Source: Polyangiaceae bacterium (lineage in GTDB: Bacteria > Myxococcota_A > Polyangia > Polyangiales > Polyangiaceae). Taken from it: 64,000 bases of DNA. Numbering within the stretch: position 1 is the first letter of the stretch; every line of letters begins with the position of its first letter. Shown here in pieces: positions 1 to 9,014 of the stretch. Position numbers and translations under genes: made by a program. Under the pieces are notes generated by a model. It ran no database searches. It was given only the letters and a program-made list of their open reading frames with translations, and was not told the origin of the DNA. The DNA lies in contig JBGANF010000005.1 in assembly GCA_044222475.1 (NCBI GenBank), forward strand, positions 78,211 through 142,210, given 5' to 3'.

Positions 1-1819
1 CGTGGACGTAGAGGTTGGCGTTGGGCTTCGACGGGTCGGCCGGCGTGCGCTGCGGACCGCTGTAGTCGTACGGTCCGACGTCGAGGTTCCCGCGCGTCGA
101 CGCGAACACGATCGGCGCGACGCCGGCGGCGTCGGGAGGGCCGTAGCTCGGATCGAAATTGTGGACGAGGAGGCCGTTCGCGGTCGCCGGCGTCGCGTTG
201 ATCGCCGCGTGCAGGGCGCACCCGGTCCCATCGGACTTCATCTCGTAGATGCGCAGGGGCTCGCTCGCGCTCGAGCGCGCCGCGAACGCGATTCGCGAAC
301 CATCCCAAGCGACCGCCGGCCGCCGAATGTCCGCCGTCGCGGTGGATAGACCGCACCCCGCCGTCAGCGATCGTTCGCCGGAGGTGGTGAGCACTCCCGC
401 CACGTCGAGCTGCGCGTCGGCGATCCGGAGGTCGCTCCCGGGTTGGTAGACGTCGAAGTCCTGGACGCGATCGGGAGCGCTCGTGAGAGCGCGACGGACG
501 TAGACGATGCCGCTGAGCGGAGCGACCGGGCGCGCCGCGCGCTCTCGGCGCAGCCACTCTCGAAGGATGCAGAACGCAGGTATCACGTCGAGGCTACCCG
601 CGTCGTAGTCCCATCCCTTCCCGTCGCACGCCGTGGGCACGGCGGCGTCCTTCCCGAGGTCTTCGAAGAGCGGTCCCCCGCGGTGGATGATGCCCGTCCC
701 GCCGAGCTCGGGTCGATACAGGTTCTTTCGCACGAGCCGGCTGGCACGGGGGTCGTCGCTCTCGAGCGCGAGCTGAGCGACGCTGAGGTCGTAGTTCTTG
801 CGAGTCGTCGAGAACGAGAAGCTCCCCGAGGCCCCCCCGCGGAGGCGGTAGTCGTGGAAGCTCGACGCCGAGTGACATTGCAGCTGCATGCAGCCCTTCC
901 GCACGAGGACGGGCTGCACGCGATGCGCGAAGAACGCAAAGCCGGGGCCGAGGTCGGGCACGACGAGCGGTCCATGCTTCGTCGCCCAGTTCACGAGAGC
1001 GACGAGGTCACCATCGGACGAGCTCTCGAAGACGACTCCACCTTCGTGGAACGAGCCCCCGAACGCGGGTGCGAGCGGACGCCGCACGAGCTCCGACTGG
1101 TCCGGCGTGGCGGCGAGGTACTCGACGGCCGCGAAGTAGTTGTACCGCGCCTGCTCGGGTGTCGTGCCACAGGTGAGGACGAGCTGGTTCATCGCGCTGC
1201 CGTGACAGCTCCCGGATCCGCAGCGGGCGGCGAGCGGGCCGTTGACGGTGTCGCGGAAGATCGGCCAGTCGGAGGTCGTCGGATCCTTGCTCGGGTCGAA
1301 GCCCGACACCGACGGAACCTGGGTGGAGCACGGCGACGTCGCAGTCGGCCTCGGCCTGAGGCCGGTGTTGTTCTCGGTCGCTCCGTTCTCGATCCAACGC
1401 GCGAGCGTGACGTACGCGCTCGCGCTCGGGTCGAGCACCGAGCCGCCGGTGTGGCGTACGTCGGTCGTGACCACGACGCCGCTCGCGTCGTACGCGCGGA
1501 CGTGCAGCTCCTGCTCGGGGAGGACCTTGAAGAGGAAGCTCGGCTGGCGGTACGGACCGTACGTGGCGAGCAGATCGCGCCGCTTGTTCAAGTTGGCGAA
1601 GCTGCTCACGTCGAGGTTGCCGAACGCGTTGCCCTTGTCGTCGGAGACGTGGCACCCCGAGCCCGTCGGCGAGCGCGCGCAGCTCGTCTGCAGGATCGGT
1701 GAGATGACGCGCTCGAAGTACGTCTCGTCGGGAACGGCCTTGGACGAGCAAGCCGGCAACCCGAAGAAGGCCACCGCGAGGACTGCGATCGGAACCGAGA
1801 GCAGCGGGTTGATGCGCAT
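1..1819 (-). CDS. Large lipoprotein, partial (runs off the window start), with three non-canonical CXnCH motifs and a TolB/beta-propeller-like C-terminal region
   Basis: Absent from the ORF track because there is no stop in the window. Manual translation from ATG 1819: MRINPLLSVPIAVLAVAFFGLPAC (lipobox-like)...CARSPTGSGCH...CGSGSCH...CMQLQCH...AWDGSRIAFAAR...IVFASTRG...NANLYVH. GAGGT SD upstream. Confidence 0.8.
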   Translation of the reverse strand, partial: MRINPLLSVPIAVLAVAFFGLPACSSKAVPDETYFERVISPILQTSCARSPTGSGCHVSDDKGNAFGNLDVSSFANLNKRRDLLATYGPYRQPSFLFKVLPEQELHVRAYDASGVVVTTDVRHTGGSVLDPSASAYVTLARWIENGATENNTGLRPRPTATSPCSTQVPSVSGFDPSKDPTTSDWPIFRDTVNGPLAARCGSGSCHGSAMNQLVLTCGTTPEQARYNYFAAVEYLAATPDQSELVRRPLAPAFGGSFHEGGVVFESSSDGDLVALVNWATKHGPLVVPDLGPGFAFFAHRVQPVLVRKGCMQLQCHSASSFHDYRLRGGASGSFSFSTTRKNYDLSVAQLALESDDPRASRLVRKNLYRPELGGTGIIHRGGPLFEDLGKDAAVPTACDGKGWDYDAGSLDVIPAFCILREWLRRERAARPVAPLSGIVYVRRALTSAPDRVQDFDVYQPGSDLRIADAQLDVAGVLTTSGERSLTAGCGLSTATADIRRPAVAWDGSRIAFAARSSASEPLRIYEMKSDGTGCALHAAINATPATANGLLVHNFDPSYGPPDAAGVAPIVFASTRGNLDVGPYDYSGPQRTPADPSKPNANLYVH

Positions 1820-1867
1820 GGAAGGCACCTCGTGGATCAGGGTGCCCCGATCAGGCGAGATGGGGCA

Positions 1868-1879
1868 TGACCCAGGTCA
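1868..1879. promoter_or_regulatory. Crp/Fnr-type palindrome TGAC-N4-GTCA
   Basis: TGACCCAGGTCA between two divergent genes, one of which is a Crp/Fnr regulator; same geometry as the FNR box TTGAT-N4-ATCAA. Confidence 0.45.
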
Positions 1880-1906
1880 GCGCGATATCTTGCACGTCGC
1901 GCGAAG

Positions 1907-1922
1907 CGGCATGAAACCTGCT
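1907..1922 (+). promoter_or_regulatory. sigma54 -24/-12 promoter candidate
   Basis: CGGCATG-AAAC-CTGCT; GG 1908-09 and GC 1920-21 at canonical spacing. Confidence 0.45.
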
Positions 1923-1934
1923 CCGCTGGAGGCG

Positions 1935-2633
1935 ATGGATGCCGCACTGCCACTGCTGCGTGCCTCGCGGCTCTTCGGCGCGCTCGACGCCCAGCACCAC
2001 GCGGAGTTTGCGCGAACGGCGCGGCGGAGTCGGTACGAGCGTGGCGCCTTCCTCTGGCAGTCAGGCGACCCGGTGCGAGAGTTCACGATCATCGTCTCCG
2101 GGGTGATCAAGGTGTGCGCACCGATGAGGCAGGGCCCGTCGTCGATCATCGGCATCTTCGGCCCGCGGGAGAGCATCGGCGACTCCGCCGTGATCCGCGG
2201 CCGGGACTACCCCGCCGATGCCATCGCCGCGACCGAGACGACCGAGGTTCTCTGGATCGACAAGGCGATCGTGCTCGAGGCGATGGCGCGGGATGCGACG
2301 GTCGCCAACGCGGTGAATCGATCACTGGCGGAGCACGCCCTGGCGCTGCAGCACAAGATTCGGATCCTCGGCGCGGGCAACATCGAGGCGCGGCTCGCCA
2401 CGCTGTTCCTCCACCTCGCCGAGCGCTTCGGCGACGACCTGGACGACGGCGACGTGATGATCCCGCTCGTGTTGTCGCGCACCGACCTCGCGTGCCTCGT
2501 CGGGACGACGCCCGAGACGACGATTCGCGTGCTGAGCCGGTGGCAGAAGAGCGGGATCCTCACCACGACCGACGACGGGTTCCGCATCGGAGCGATCGAT
2601 CCGTTGGAACGCCTGGCCGCGACCGAAGACTAG
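1935..2633 (+). CDS. Crp/Fnr family transcriptional regulator (no N-terminal Fe-S Cys cluster; Dnr/NnrR/HcpR-like)
   Basis: cNMP-binding-like domain (GIFGPRESIG...YPADAIA) and C-terminal HTH LSRTDLACLVGTTPETTIRVLSRW. Confidence 0.9.
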   Translation: MDAALPLLRASRLFGALDAQHHAEFARTARRSRYERGAFLWQSGDPVREFTIIVSGVIKVCAPMRQGPSSIIGIFGPRESIGDSAVIRGRDYPADAIAATETTEVLWIDKAIVLEAMARDATVANAVNRSLAEHALALQHKIRILGAGNIEARLATLFLHLAERFGDDLDDGDVMIPLVLSRTDLACLVGTTPETTIRVLSRWQKSGILTTTDDGFRIGAIDPLERLAATED

Positions 2634-3403
2634 CCGAACGCCAGCGCGACCGCGGAGATCGAGCACGCTGCGGCGATCGCCCACCCTACTGGGCGAAGGC
2701 GCTGGGGCGGGACGCGCGCGAGCGCGACTCCGCCGGTGAGGAGGCACATCGGGACGACGGCCACGAACGGCGCCAGAGCCACCGTCCCAGAAAGGTACAA
2801 CACGGCGCTTCCCAGAAACACCGCGGTCGGGAGCAGCGCGAGCCGCCGTCCCTCGCCGGCGACGAGGCCGCGCACGACGGCCGTTCCGAGCCCGAATACC
2901 GCCGTCCACACCGCGACGGCGGCGAGCGCGTGGGTGGGTGCGACGCCGTCCGCCACCGCGACCGGAAGCGCGAGCGACGCGAGCGCGGCAGCCGCCACCG
3001 TCTCTCCGAGCAAGGTGCGCTCCGCACCACGACGCACCAGCACCGCGACCGCGATCGACAGCGCGACCGGGAGGATGCTCGCTTGGACGCCGAGCATGCC
3101 GGAGAGCGCCAGAGCGATGCCGCCGCTCAGCCCGCACACGCCGATCAACGCGAGCAGCCGTCGCGCGGCGCGGTCGCCGTCCTCGCGTCGCGCCCGCGTG
3201 CCGCGCTGACCGCGCAAGACGAGCCACGGCTCGTGAGCGAGGAAAGCCGCGCAAGCGCTGCACGCGAACGCAAGGCCTGCGGGGGTCGGCTTCGTCATGG
3301 CGAGCGCTGCTACGAGCGGCAGGATCAGCTCGGCCCAGGCTCCGTGCTCGCGTGGAAGAAGGGACCGCGCTTTCGTGGGCGCGCGCCCCATCGTCTGCTC
3401 CAT
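2630..3403 (-). CDS. YwiC-like membrane protein
   Basis: N-terminal LPREHGAW signature; multiple hydrophobic helices. Confidence 0.8.
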   Translation of the reverse strand: MEQTMGRAPTKARSLLPREHGAWAELILPLVAALAMTKPTPAGLAFACSACAAFLAHEPWLVLRGQRGTRARREDGDRAARRLLALIGVCGLSGGIALALSGMLGVQASILPVALSIAVAVLVRRGAERTLLGETVAAAALASLALPVAVADGVAPTHALAAVAVWTAVFGLGTAVVRGLVAGEGRRLALLPTAVFLGSAVLYLSGTVALAPFVAVVPMCLLTGGVALARVPPQRLRPVGWAIAAACSISAVALAFG

Positions 3404-3414
3404 GCCTGGGACCA

Positions 3415-3430
3415 AGCAAGCGGCATTCCG
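3415..3430 (-). promoter_or_regulatory. sigma54 -24/-12 promoter candidate
   Basis: Minus strand CGGAATG-CCGC-TTGCT, ending 11 nt before ATG 3403. Confidence 0.5.
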
Positions 3431-3439
3431 GGCGCGGGC

Positions 3440-4123
3440 TCACGCCTCCGGATCGGGTCCGCCCGTGCCCGCGAGCGGCGCTGGCGCGATGGCGCCGAGG
3501 ACCTCGTGCCACGCTCCCTTCGAGCCCGCGACCACGAGCGCTCCCCGCGCCTCGAGCTCTTCCGCGGGGACGCCTCGAAACAGGAGATCGCGGAACGCTT
3601 CGACGTCGCCCGAGACGACGACCGACGGGCTCGGCGCCGGTCGATCTCGCACTCGGAGATACCGCTCGAGAAACGTGAGCGCGAAGGTGCGAACCGAGTC
3701 TCCCGCGATGACGCGAAGCTCGACGGACCGGTGGATCCCGCCGCGGTAGCGGCGCTTGAGCGAAAGAAACGCCCACGCGATGTCGAGCGCGTCGCCCCGC
3801 CGCGGCCGATCGAGCAGCGAGCCGCCGAAGCGACCGAGCTCCATCACGATCGGCTCGAGGCGCGCACCGCTCGCGGTGAGCGCGTACCGCGTCGCACCGT
3901 CGTCGTCGTGCTGCTTCTCGACGAGGCCGGCCCTCTCGAGCGCCTTCATGCGGCTCGCCAGGATGTTCGTCGTGATGCCGGGGAGCTCGGCCAAGAGCGT
4001 CCCGTAACGGCGAGGGCCGAGCAGCAGGTTCCGCACGATCAGGAGCGTCCATCGCCCGCCGAGCAGATCGAGCGCTCGCGCAACGCCGCAGAACTGTTGG
4101 TAACTCCGCTCTCCCGTCGCCAT
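3440..4123 (-). CDS. HxlR-family winged-helix regulator with C-terminal SCP2-like domain
   Basis: SYQQFCGVARALDLLGGRWTLLIVRNLLLGPRRY...LPGITTNILASRMKALE. Confidence 0.9.
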   Translation of the reverse strand: MATGERSYQQFCGVARALDLLGGRWTLLIVRNLLLGPRRYGTLLAELPGITTNILASRMKALERAGLVEKQHDDDGATRYALTASGARLEPIVMELGRFGGSLLDRPRRGDALDIAWAFLSLKRRYRGGIHRSVELRVIAGDSVRTFALTFLERYLRVRDRPAPSPSVVVSGDVEAFRDLLFRGVPAEELEARGALVVAGSKGAWHEVLGAIAPAPLAGTGGPDPEA

Positions 4124-4168
4124 CACTTGCCTATCAGCATATCCAGTACTATTGTTTTTGCAAGTGAC

Positions 4169-4918
4169 ATGACCAGCTACTCCGTTGGAATTCCCGCCCT
4201 CGCCATCCTCACGACGTCTCTCCTCCTCGCCGGCATCTGGCGCGCGTACCGCTCGCCCCGCGCCGTCGCGTGGGCTCTCGCCGCCGCGCTCGCGTGGTGG
4301 TCCGTCAGCGGCGCGCTCGCATCGGCGGGCGTGCTCGCGCGATTCGACGCGAGGCCACCGCCCATCGCGCCGTTCATGGCGAGCGTGCTCGTGCTGGGGG
4401 TCGTGCTCGGCCTCTCACCGGTCGGCCGCCGGCTCGCGACGGCGCTCCCGCTCGGCGTGTTGGTCATCGTCCAGGGCTTCCGATTTCCGCTCGAGCTCGT
4501 CATGCATCGAGCCGCGCTCGACGGGGTGATGCCGAACGCTCTCAGCTACTCGGGCTACAACTTCGACGTCGTCACCGGGGGCTCCGCGCTCCTCGTCGGC
4601 GCGCTCGCGCTCACGAACCGCGCGCCGCGCGCGCTCGTGTGGGCGTGGAACCTCGTCGGCATCGCGGCGCTCGCGATGATCGCCTTCATCGCCGTCGCCA
4701 CGTCACCGATGGTGAGGGCGTTCGGCGACGATCAGCTCAACACGTGGGTCGCTCGGGTTCCCTACGTGTGGTTGCCGGCGATCAACGTGGTCTTCGCGAT
4801 CGCGGGCCACGTCGTCGTGACACGGAAGCTCCTTGCCGAACGGTCCGCGGGTGCGGATCAGGAGAAGAACCGCCGCTCGGCCTTGGGCGCGTCCGCCCCG
4901 CCGACGATCTCGACGTAA
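4169..4918 (+). CDS. Multi-pass membrane protein of unknown function
   Basis: About 7 hydrophobic segments; QGFRFPLE, GYNFD and PYVWLP motifs; divergent from the HxlR gene. Confidence 0.75.
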   Translation: MTSYSVGIPALAILTTSLLLAGIWRAYRSPRAVAWALAAALAWWSVSGALASAGVLARFDARPPPIAPFMASVLVLGVVLGLSPVGRRLATALPLGVLVIVQGFRFPLELVMHRAALDGVMPNALSYSGYNFDVVTGGSALLVGALALTNRAPRALVWAWNLVGIAALAMIAFIAVATSPMVRAFGDDQLNTWVARVPYVWLPAINVVFAIAGHVVVTRKLLAERSAGADQEKNRRSALGASAPPTIST

Positions 4919-6012
4919 GGGCGCCCCGGATCGCGCCGCGGGAACGCGAAGCTCCCGGTGTTCGCGTACGTCGCTTCGTCGGCTGCGACGTGGGCGTGCC
5001 CGAAGACGACGAGCTTCGCGTTCGTCGCGCTCGCGAGCTTCGCGCCGGCGTCGGCGAGGCGCGCACGAACGTCACCGCCGTAGCGATCGTGCCCGAGCGC
5101 CCAGCTCGTTGCGAGCGCGAGAGCGCCGAGCGCGACGAGTCCGCCTCCGACCGATCGCTTGCCAGTCGCGAGGAGCCCGAGGCCGGCCACGATCGACACC
5201 GTGCCGGCGACGCGATCGAGGTACAGCCGCGCGACCGTCCCACGAAGGGACGTCATCGTCGGCGTCGCGGCGTGCCCGAGGATCGACTCGGCGAGGGCTC
5301 GATCGGCGCCGACCTCGGCGCTGAAATCGTCGAGAAGCGCCTCTCCGTGCGCGCGCTCTTCCGCCCCGCGGAAGAACGGCCCCGCCTTCGCGAGCGCGAG
5401 CGCGACCGCGTAGAAGTATCGCCCGACGACGTACGGCCCGCGCGGCCCGTACATCGTGAACGCGCTGAGGAAGAGCCCGAGCGGCGTCTCCTCGTTCTTG
5501 TTGAGGTACGCGAACGCGCCAGTGGGTGCGATGAACTCCTCGACGAAGTGGACGCCGAGGCTCCCCTTCGGGATCACGAGAGGGTGCGCCGGCGCGTTGT
5601 CGGGATCGTAGAGGTGCCCGTGCTCGACGTGGAGCGCGCCGTCGCGGAAGAACCACGGCGTCGTCGCGATGCGAGAACGCGCCGCGCCGCGCAGATCGAG
5701 CGCATCGGCGATGCGCCGCGCGGCCCCTTCGCCGCCGAGCTCGGGATCGTGGTTGCCGGCGACGAAGCGGAGCTCCCCTCCCCGGTCGACGTGCTCGGCG
5801 AGCGCGCGCCGCAGCTCGGGTCGCGAGCCGAACCCCTCCTCGACCGCGCGCGACGACGGAACCCGCGGCGTCTCCGCCGAGAGGTCGAAGAAGTCGCCGA
5901 CGAACACCATGCGGGCGCCGGGGCTCTGGCGCACGAGGCGCGCCAGGTCGTCTTCGACCGCACGCGGCGTGTGCGACGAGAGGTGCAGATCGCCGAGCGC
6001 GAGGGTGCGCAT
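4858..6012 (-). CDS. Calcineurin-like metallophosphoesterase
   Basis: GDLHL, GDFFD, GNHD, HGH and FGHAH motifs. Confidence 0.85.
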   Translation of the reverse strand: MRTLALGDLHLSSHTPRAVEDDLARLVRQSPGARMVFVGDFFDLSAETPRVPSSRAVEEGFGSRPELRRALAEHVDRGGELRFVAGNHDPELGGEGAARRIADALDLRGAARSRIATTPWFFRDGALHVEHGHLYDPDNAPAHPLVIPKGSLGVHFVEEFIAPTGAFAYLNKNEETPLGLFLSAFTMYGPRGPYVVGRYFYAVALALAKAGPFFRGAEERAHGEALLDDFSAEVGADRALAESILGHAATPTMTSLRGTVARLYLDRVAGTVSIVAGLGLLATGKRSVGGGLVALGALALATSWALGHDRYGGDVRARLADAGAKLASATNAKLVVFGHAHVAADEATYANTGSFAFPRRDPGRPYVEIVGGADAPKAERRFFS

Positions 6013-6038
6013 CGCGCTCGTATAGCACGCCGAACCCC

Positions 6039-6284
6039 TCAAAGAGCGTTGGCGACGTACGAACCCGTGAGGCGGTGCGCGATCTCGGCGGCGTTGGTCG
6101 TGAACATCTCGGTATGTGTGCACTGTGCACATACGACGAGGGTGAACGTGTGGCGCACCTGGAGGTTCTGCGATGCGACGAGACCCAGGACGGTCGTCGG
6201 CGTCCACAGCTCGACTTGGAGCTGCGGAAGGACTTGGAACGACTTGCCGCCGCAGTGCCCGCAGGGCTTCGGATGGTAGGACAT
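6039..6284 (-). CDS. Small zinc-ribbon protein
   Basis: CGHC...CAQC; TAGCCT 7 nt upstream of ATG. Confidence 0.7.
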   Translation of the reverse strand: MSYHPKPCGHCGGKSFQVLPQLQVELWTPTTVLGLVASQNLQVRHTFTLVVCAQCTHTEMFTTNAAEIAHRLTGSYVANAL

Positions 6285-6334
6285 GGGTCCCAGGCTAAGC
6301 GAACGGCCGACGGCCGTGGTAGCGTCTCCGTCCG

Positions 6335-7285
6335 ATGCCGGCACCGCGCCCTGCTCTCGTCGCTCTGGTGTTGCTGACGGCCGCGGCCGCCTGCGACAAG
6401 CACTCGGCGACGCCGGCGGCGACACCGTCGGCGAGCGCGTCCGCCAGCGCGGCGGTCGCGGCTCCGTTGCCTCACGGCGCGGTCGCCTGCGGCGATCTCG
6501 GCTGCCTCGAGTTCGACAAGCTCGAGGACGCCTTCGCGACCGTGCTCGACGAAGGCCCGAAGGTCGTCGCGGTCGGTGAGGCGCACGCACCCAAGGGCGC
6601 CACCGTCCCGTCGTCGACCAAGCGTTTCACCGACGAGGTCCTGCCGGGCCTCGCGGGCAAGGCCTCCGACATCCTCGTCGAGCTCATGCAACCTCCGACG
6701 GGGTGCCAGAAGGCCACCGCGGACGTTCGCCAGAAGCAGGAGGTCGTCACCCAGAAGCAGGCGCAGACCGACCAGAACGAGTACGTCACGCTGGGCACCA
6801 AGGCGCGCGCGCTCGGCGTCGTGCCCGATCTCCTTCGACCCACGTGCGACGACCTCGCGGCGATCGCCGACGCCGGTGAGCCGATCGCGGCCAGCCTCGG
6901 GCTCATCAAGCGACTCACCGTCGCCAAGGTGAAGCAGCTCGTCGATCGCAACGGCAAGACCGAGGCCGACGCCAAGAAGATCGTCTTCACCTACGGAGGC
7001 GCGCTCCACAACGACCTCGCGCCGCAGCGTGAGCTCGCCGACTACGCGTTCGGAACCGAGCTGTCGGCGTACACGATGGGCAAGTATGCCGAGGTCGACT
7101 TCTTCGTCCCCGAGTTCATCGTCGACAACGACAACTGGAGGAAGCTCGAGTGGTACGACACTTACAAGAAGCTCCCCCACACGACGAAGGTCGTCATGTT
7201 CCGCCCGCGGGCGCGGGGGTACGTGATCCTCGCCTCGGCGCCCCCGCCGGGCACCCAAGGAAGCTCCGACGCCGGCAGTCCGTAG
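6335..7285 (+). CDS. Hypothetical lipoprotein
   Basis: Lipobox-like AAAC, Ala/Ser linker, VGEAH and YGGALHND motifs; host-like codon usage. Confidence 0.75.
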   Translation: MPAPRPALVALVLLTAAAACDKHSATPAATPSASASASAAVAAPLPHGAVACGDLGCLEFDKLEDAFATVLDEGPKVVAVGEAHAPKGATVPSSTKRFTDEVLPGLAGKASDILVELMQPPTGCQKATADVRQKQEVVTQKQAQTDQNEYVTLGTKARALGVVPDLLRPTCDDLAAIADAGEPIAASLGLIKRLTVAKVKQLVDRNGKTEADAKKIVFTYGGALHNDLAPQRELADYAFGTELSAYTMGKYAEVDFFVPEFIVDNDNWRKLEWYDTYKKLPHTTKVVMFRPRARGYVILASAPPPGTQGSSDAGSP

Positions 7286-7292
7286 AACGGAC

Positions 7293-7961
7293 ATGCGCGC
7301 AGCCGTACTCGCCGCGTTCTTCGTGGCGCTGGCCCTGAGCGCCGGGTGCAAGAAGAAGCACGCCTCGCCGTCGGGCAGTGCGTCGCGGCCCCACTTCGAG
7401 CTTCGCGGGGTCGACGAGAGCGCCGATCCGTTCATGGGCGCGACGCTGAGCGGCACCGCCATGGTGACCACCGAGAGCCAGGGATTCGGCTCCGCGTTCA
7501 CCAACCACTACGCATACGTCAGCGTGCCCAGGGGCAGCGATCCGATGGTGCAGGATCGCGAGCTGCGGGCCGCAACGGGCGCGATCTCGCCGCCTCTCGG
7601 GGACGCATTCGCCTTCGGCATCGATGCCGTCGAGTGCGTCCCCACGAAGGTGCGCACGTACGTCGTCCGGGCTCCGATCGCAACGGACGCGGACGTCGAG
7701 AGCGCAGTAGCGAACAGCGAAGGCGGTCAGTGGTCGGTGCTCGTCAGCTTCAGCCCCGCCGCGGCCGAACGGTTCGCCGACTACACCGCGATCCACGTCA
7801 ACGAGCGCCTCGCGATCATCGTCGACGACGTCGTCCAGTCCGCTCCCGTCATCCGCAGCAAGATCGGCGGCGGCCGCGCGTCGATCACGATGGGTCAGTG
7901 CGACCCGATCGCGCAGGAGCGAGAAGCCAAGCGCCTCGCCGCCGCGCTCGGAGGCTCGTGA
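7293..7961 (+). CDS. Lipoprotein with SecDF P1-head-like domain
   Basis: LSAGC lipobox; FSPAAAERFADYT...RLAIIVDDVVQSAPVIRSKIGGGRASIT resembles the SecD periplasmic head. Confidence 0.75.
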   Translation: MRAAVLAAFFVALALSAGCKKKHASPSGSASRPHFELRGVDESADPFMGATLSGTAMVTTESQGFGSAFTNHYAYVSVPRGSDPMVQDRELRAATGAISPPLGDAFAFGIDAVECVPTKVRTYVVRAPIATDADVESAVANSEGGQWSVLVSFSPAAAERFADYTAIHVNERLAIIVDDVVQSAPVIRSKIGGGRASITMGQCDPIAQEREAKRLAAALGGS

Positions 7962-8581
7962 CTCCCACGAGACGCGCCTTCCTCGGCGGGCTCGCCGCTG
8001 CCGCGGTGACCGTCGCCCGCGACGCGCTGGCGAGCGCGACGCCGACGTTCGGTCTCGTGCTCCATCGGCCGACACCCACCGACGAGTCGCATGCATTCCT
8101 CCACGAGGTCGCGCGCGCCGTCGGGCTCGCTCGCGACATCTACCTCCCGCTCGGCTTCGACCTCGCCATCGACGCGGTCTCCGCCCTCGACCCGGTGCAC
8201 CATCGCATCGAGAGCGTCGGCATGCGCGACGCGCTGTCCCCGCTGGTGCGCCCGCGTCGCATCAACGTCTTCCTCGTCGAAGCGCTCCGCGACTCGGAGA
8301 GCAAGACGGTCTACCGCAACGGCGTCACCTGGGACTCGCGCGTCGCGCCGGTGCGCCGCTTCATCATCCTCGCGCGCGGTGCGTGGGACTCGTCGCTCGC
8401 GCACGAGCTGGGTCACTTCTTCGGCATCCCAGAGCACTCGGCGCAGAAGAACAACCTCATGAGCTACGACCGAGAAGACGACCTCGTGTTCCTCGACGAA
8501 GGGCAGAAGGCGCGCATCCGGGCCGGGGCCGCGAGACTCCTCGCGAGCAAGGCCCAGGACGACCTCTCCGCGCGACCGTGA
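7958..8581 (+). CDS. Tat-exported metzincin/matrixin-like zinc metalloprotease
   Basis: TRRAFL twin-arginine signal; AHELGHFFGIPEH and NNLMSY Met-turn; GTGA overlap with the upstream gene. Confidence 0.8.
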   Translation: MTPTRRAFLGGLAAAAVTVARDALASATPTFGLVLHRPTPTDESHAFLHEVARAVGLARDIYLPLGFDLAIDAVSALDPVHHRIESVGMRDALSPLVRPRRINVFLVEALRDSESKTVYRNGVTWDSRVAPVRRFIILARGAWDSSLAHELGHFFGIPEHSAQKNNLMSYDREDDLVFLDEGQKARIRAGAARLLASKAQDDLSARP

Positions 8582-8582
8582 C

Positions 8583-8957
8583 TCAGACCTCGGGGACGCC
8601 CGGCAGCGCGGCGGCTTCTTTCGCCTCGAGCTTCTTCGTCTCTCCCTCGACCGTCGGCAGCGAGATGATGAACGCCGTCCACGACGGGAAGAGCTGCACG
8701 CCCGGGATCATCTCGAGCGCGAGCGCGAACACGATGCGCCAGCGGAAGCCGAGAAGCACGAGCATCAGGATCGCGACGAGGATGTCCATCACGTCGGCCG
8801 GGAGCCACGACAGCGCCGGCATCTCGAAGAACATCCCGCCCTGAGCCGCGTCGGCCAGGAGGGCGATCGCGATCGCGACCTTCTTGCGGCTGGCAGGGAC
8901 GGCCGCGGGGCTCACGTTCAGATGGGCGCGGGCAGCTCGGGCGATGTCGATCGACAT
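8583..8957 (-). CDS. Hypothetical membrane protein
   Basis: Hydrophobic helices, EMIPGVQLFPSWT motif. Confidence 0.7.
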   Translation of the reverse strand: MSIDIARAARAHLNVSPAAVPASRKKVAIAIALLADAAQGGMFFEMPALSWLPADVMDILVAILMLVLLGFRWRIVFALALEMIPGVQLFPSWTAFIISLPTVEGETKKLEAKEAAALPGVPEV

Positions 8958-9014
8958 GACGCCTTCAACATAAGGACTCTCGCGCGGCGCGCAACCGCCC
9001 CGTTTTCAGCCAAA

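Noticed and set aside
2..1751. Plus-strand ORFs 2..349 and 443..1702, the 5' part of 1242..2633, and minus ORF 1008..1751
   Set aside because: Shadow frames of the real minus-strand gene 1..1819; Arg/Ala-rich nonsense translations typical of high-GC DNA.
4858..4918. 61-bp tail-to-tail overlap of convergent genes
   Set aside because: The extension has no evident function, and short convergent overlaps are common in compact GC-rich genomes.
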